From: Felis catus
Lineage: Eukaryota
Reading direction: 5' to 3'
Assembly (NCBI RefSeq): GCF_018350175.1
Contig: NC_058368.1
Location: forward strand, 145,950,001 to 146,014,000
Length of the DNA: 64,000 bases
In this document: positions 59,513 through 64,000 of the stretch, piece by piece
Layout of the letters: each line of letters opens with the position of its first letter
Position numbering within the stretch: position 1 is the first letter of the stretch
The notes under the pieces: model-generated
What the model was told of the DNA's origin: nothing
Databases searched by the model: none
Seen by the model: only the letters and a program-made list of their open reading frames with translations
Made by a program: the position numbers and the translations under genes

Positions 59513-60295
59513 TCATTTTTAAAAATTGTGGTAAAATACACATAACATAAAATTTATCATCTTAACCATTTTTAAGTATATATAGTTCAGTATTGAGATA
59601 AGTATATCTCACATGGGTCTGCAACCAATCTCCAGAACTTTTTCATCTGACAAAACTGAAACTCTATACTCATTAAACAACTCCCCATTTCCCCATCTCC
59701 TTAGTCCCTGGCAGCCACCATTCTACTCTCTTTTTGTATGAATTTGACTATCCTAGATACTGCATGGAAGCGGAATCCTACAGTATTTGTCTTTTATGTG
59801 ACTGGATTATTTCACGCAGCATGATCTCAAAGTTCATATTGTAACATGTGTCAGAATCTCCTTCCTTTTTAAGGCTAAGTGATATTCCATTGTATGTACG
59901 TGTCACATTTTGTTTATCCATTCATCTGTTGATGGACATTTGAATTGCTTCCACTTTTGGCTATTGTGAATCATGCTTTTATGAACATGATTGTGCAAAT
60001 ATCTGTTTGAGTCCTTACTTTCAATTCTTTTGGACGTTTATCCAGAAGTGGGATTGCTGGATTATCTGGTGACTTTATTTTTACCTTTTTGAGAAAACAC
60101 TGTACTGTTTTTCATAGCAGCTGCACAATTTTACATTCCTACCAACAGTGTACAAAAGTTCCAATTTTTCATATCCTTATCCACGTAGTTCCCGTTTTGT
60201 TTTATTTTCCTGATAGTAGTGTTCCTGATGGGGTAGAGATGATATTTCATTGTGGTTTTCATTTGCATTTCCCTAGTGATTAATAATGTCATGAT
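59513..60295 (-). mobile_element. 5'-truncated L1MB-type element
   Basis: ttgtggtaaaatacacataacataaaatttatcatcttaaccatttttaagt..ctccagaactttttcatc..ccattcatctgttgatggacatt. Confidence 0.9.
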
Positions 60296-61752
60296 AAACT
60301 TTTGTCACCTTTTTCAGAAGAGCATCTAGTTGGATAATGCCTCTATGGTTCTTCCCGTGAATATTTTGCTATCTATGGTAGGGCAAATTAGACTTATTAC
60401 ACTCAAGGGAATATATCTTTTCTCTCTCTTTTTTGTTACTTTAATATTAATAATTGCTTTTACTTTTTTATGGGGAGGTGAGAAAATTTAGAAATAAAAC
60501 AGAAAGAAGAAATAGAAACAAAAGAAATGGTGGATAATAAGGAGAAATAAGAGAGAATGATTAGAAGGGTGAATAGGGAAGTTAAGAAAAAGTGAGAATA
60601 AAGCAGAACATTTTGTCTGACCTCTGCTAATTTCTTGCAGCCTTGGGATCTATACCGTAATTACTATTCAAATGACACATCAGGGTGGTAAAATGAGAAG
60701 AGTTGATTAGCTGGGAATTCAAGATGAAGGGAGCCTTTGAAAGAATTTAATCTAGCTTAGTTCCACAACTTGCAGAGAAAGAAACCACACTGTGAAATGA
60801 TTTCCCCAAAGTTCTTCCTGGTAGTTAATAGGAGAACTGGAATTACAACTAATGACCAAGTCAGTATTATTAAGTGACAAGTAGGGGGTAATCAAAGTTC
60901 TGATATTAAGCCCGCTCAAAATTTAATGAAGCCCACTCCCCATCCATTATACATTCTAAGTCATGTCATTGCAGTGTATTTGAATCATGCACTTGGTACT
61001 ATGCAACAACAGACTTGGCTCATAGGCCCTGGAAAAGGAGCTGAGAAACCTTGTTTTGGCCCTGCTTACTTTTCTGAGCTTAAGTTTCCCCATTTATAAA
61101 ATATGAGTGTTGGACAGATGACTTCAAAAGTCTTTTTCAGGTATGAAAATAAATTTCTAGGAATATATCCTCATTCAAGCTCATATATGGCTCCCCACAT
61201 GCTTAGTTCTGAAGCACTTTTCCCAGAGCAATATTTGCCTAGTAGATCTCATCAGCACACAACCTTGCATGTCAACACAGCAACCTGGTCAGCCAGTCAT
61301 GTTTGAATAAGCTTTCTGCTTTGCTCAGTTTGAAGCAGTCATAGCCACACTCCTTCTCTGCATCCACACCACCCAAGTATGCCTTCCTAATTGGCCAAAG
61401 TCATCAAGTGGCTCAGGAGGGGAAGTTTTTTTGTTTTGCTCTTTAAATTCTCAACAGAGAACAAAGCAAAATGTATTAGAAGGCCACATATCCTGCAGCT
61501 CCTGTGCTCTATACACATCATCCTAGAGAGAATAGGCTTCTTTTCTCCACCCCTAAAAGTCTCAAAAGCAAACCTTAAACTTGTATAGTATGAAGTTAAC
61601 CCCATTTCACTGTGGAAAGACCTAAAAAATAGACTAAATTTCTTGAAGAACAAAAGAATGAAAACATACGTAAGACTTGTGTAAACAGTAGAAAATGATC
61701 TACAGACGGATAGATGGATTGCCGTAAGAACTGATGTACTTGTAACTAAGTA

Positions 61753-61881
61753 GGATGAACATACATCCTGTTTTTTCTGAGGCAGTCCTGATTACTTCTA
61801 TTATCTCAGTGTAATTATGAATACCACGTCTTTTGTTCCAAAAGCATCCCAGTTGGGAAACTAAATAGCAGGGTTATCCCT
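61753..61881. mobile_element. hAT-Blackjack MITE (MER94-like)
   Basis: aggatgaacatacatcctg..gtgtaattatgaata..aaaagcatcccagtt..ggttatccct, with degenerate terminal inverted repeats. Confidence 0.65.
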
Positions 61882-62350
61882 CAAATAAACCACACTAAAT
61901 GAAAGGAAGTGTTCCCCATCCCAGGAGTGGAGGGGACAGCTCTCTTCAAGGCTTCCTTTCAAGATCTTCACCTTGAATTCCAAATTCAAGAATATTGGCC
62001 ACATCAATGTCCATTATAATAAAGTTTATTGTCCCACCTCAGTTGCCTGTCAACCTAACCATAAGAAACCTCTCTTCATTTAAAAAATTTTCTGGTTTAT
62101 CAAGAAAACCTAAGAGTGAGAGAGGATGAGGAGAGAGGAAAACAACTGAGTTGAAGTCAGAAGAAAATCTTTGAGGAATACAAGATCATACCCACACCTG
62201 GATTCCCATCCTCTAGGCTCCCACAGTCCCAAAAGCATTGCCACTGTTGTAATCACTCCTTTACATGACTATTCCCCTCAACTGTTAATGTTCAATTGTT
62301 AATGGTTCAAAAGATCAAAAAGATCTTCCCTGAGAATATAAATGGAAGTT

Positions 62351-62565
62351 GGGGCACCGGGATGGCTTAGTCAGGTTAAGTGACCTACTCTTGATTTCAC
62401 CTCTGGTCATGCATGATCTCATGCTTCATGAGATCGAGCCCCAAGTCTGGCTGTGTGCTGACAGTGCAGAGCCTGACTGGGATTCTCTCTCTCCGCCCTT
62501 TCCCCACGTGCGCACACAATCACACACACTTTCTCTCTCTCAAAATAAATAAACATTTTTTAAAG
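62351..62565 (+). mobile_element. CAN-SINE
   Basis: ggggcaccgggatggcttagtcagg..; TSD gaatataaatggaa (62334-62347) / gaatgtaaatggaa (62566-62579). Confidence 0.92.
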
Positions 62566-63483
62566 GAATGTAAATGGAATAATCTTGAATCCCACTCCTT
62601 GAAATGTAATTACTTACTAGAACTTATAACAGTTTTTCAAAAATCAAATAAAATGTGCAGAGTCAGTCTGAAGCATTCATTGTCTCTTTTGTTAACAAGA
62701 GGGACGAGAAAGATTTGATGCTTAATTCCTATTAAGAAATCATAGTATTATACAAATTCTTTTCAGTTATAACAACATCAGTAAAATAGATGTTTTCTTT
62801 GCCTTTTAGGCCAAAATATCCCTCTTACTTTTCACTTCTATTCTGGGTTTAGTCTTGCTTAAAATGAAATAAAAATCATGTGCAGTTTTCTCATACGTCA
62901 GGTTTTTTCATATGTGAGGACATTTGCTTCCTTACTTCAGAGCAATGATCCTATTATTGTCCATTAGGAAATAATATCTTGGAGAGTGAGGGTTCACCAG
63001 TATATACATTGTGTTTATTTGGATTCTATCCCTTTGAGAAAATGGCAAATCCTTTCAGTATGCCAGTAAGGGAAGGGGTTTGCGTATACACAAAAGCAAA
63101 ACAACTTTGTTTTTAACAAATAATGTTTTAATCTGGTTCAAACAAGGATTTCTGTGCAATCCATTGGTTTATGTTACCACACAATAAATCTGATTCAGTT
63201 GTTTAATTGACAGGAAACTAGTTTGAATGGATTTATATTTTATTATTATTTTAAAGAAAAGAGCTCAGCCTCTAGGAATACTATCTTAAAAATCAGAGCT
63301 TAATTTCTTTTCAGAATTACAATTGCTCACTTCTCTCTCATGCTGTATTCTTTCTAAAAAGTTTTCTAAATTGTTTGTTAACCATTTCACAGCTATTACA
63401 CAATATCATGAAATAATGTGTCAATCTCAAAATATAACAGTGAAGAGATATTTATAAATAATACTAACAATGAAATAACCTCT

Positions 63484-63693
63484 GGGGCACCTGGGTGGCT
63501 CAGTCAGTTAAGCATCTGACTTCAGCGCACATCATGATCTCACAGTTCATGAGTTCAAGCCTCACATCAGGCTCTGTGCTGACAGCTCAGAGCCTAGAGC
63601 CTGCTTCACATTCTATGTCTCCCTCTCTCTGCCCCTCTCCCACTTGCACTCTCTAAATAAACAAACAAACATTTTTTTTAAAAATTAAAAAGA
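63484..63693 (+). mobile_element. CAN-SINE (SINEC_Fc-like)
   Basis: ggggcacctgggtggctcagtcagttaag..; perfect TSD aatgaaataacctc (63469-63482, 63694-63707). Confidence 0.95.
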
Positions 63694-63707
63694 AATGAAA
63701 TAACCTC

Positions 63708-64000
63708 CACTTCTGCATTCTCTTGCAGACCTGCCCCCTCTTGTATGCCTTTAGCCACAGCCAGTCCAAAGCAGTGCCATAAGCCTGGAAGTGTGCAAGC
63801 AGCCCCTACATGGGCCAGACACATGCCAAAGTGACTCCTGCCTTGGGGAGAGGGGAGGAGAAGCGCACACACCAGTCCAGCTGTGGCCCCAGCAGTGGGC
63901 TGAGGGCAGACATCAATTCTGACCACAGGCATCATCCACTGATGAAAGCTTCTCAGGGGAAAACACAGGGAGAGCACCCTGCAGATCAGTGTCACTGCAG
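63708..64000 (+). mobile_element. Carnivore L1 5'UTR region (older family), running off the window
   Basis: gacctgccccctc..aagcctggaagtgtgcaagcagccct..ccaaagtgactcctgccttggggagagggga..gccccagcagtgggctg..aaagcttctcagggga resembles L1_Carn 5'UTR. Confidence 0.7.

Noticed and set aside
4544..63693. tRNA-like A/B boxes at SINE 5' ends
   Set aside because: They are the tRNA-derived heads of CAN-SINEs, not tRNA genes.
777..63995. Most 60-155 aa ORFs in the supplied track
   Set aside because: They fall in SINEs (MAQSVKHLTS..), microsatellites (CVCVCV, SLSLSL, ERERER), L1 antisense or AT-rich DNA, many start at non-ATG codons, and none resembles a known protein.
1..64000. CRISPR arrays, operons, rRNA or other prokaryote-type systems
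   Set aside because: The sequence is mammalian; no repeat-spacer array, rRNA or gene-dense block is present.

Overview
AT-rich, repeat-rich mammalian genomic DNA. The tRNA-derived CAN-SINEs are of the feliform type (SINEC_Fc-like, with the GCTGACAGCTCAGAGCCTGGAGCCTG segment), so this is most likely a cat or another feliform carnivore. I found no intact protein-coding gene; the window looks intergenic or deep-intronic. Two features are firm. (1) A full-length but decayed carnivore LINE-1 on the minus strand (~36367-43617) with 5'UTR, broken ORF1 and ORF2, poly(A) and a 16-bp TSD. (2) A complete processed pseudogene of RAN on the minus strand (~56266-57327) with 5'UTR, intronless CDS, 3'UTR, tail and 8-bp TSD; the ORF track misses it because it has 3 frameshifts and 3 stops. 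The rest is older MIR, L2, L1M, MaLR/ERVL/ERV1 LTRs, hAT transposon remnants, an internally deleted ERVL and microsatellites. Repeat subfamily names are assigned from memory of consensus sequences and need RepeatMasker/Dfam confirmation. I cannot demonstrate a novel biological system. The best leads are: an antisense promoter/ORF/splice-donor arrangement in the L1 5'UTR reminiscent of primate ORF0, together with a mutated YY1 site; a CpG-retaining promoter/enhancer-like island at ~28.6-28.8 kb with candidate + strand exons; several motif clusters in unique DNA; and two small A-A'-A inverted-repeat scars suggestive of template switching.
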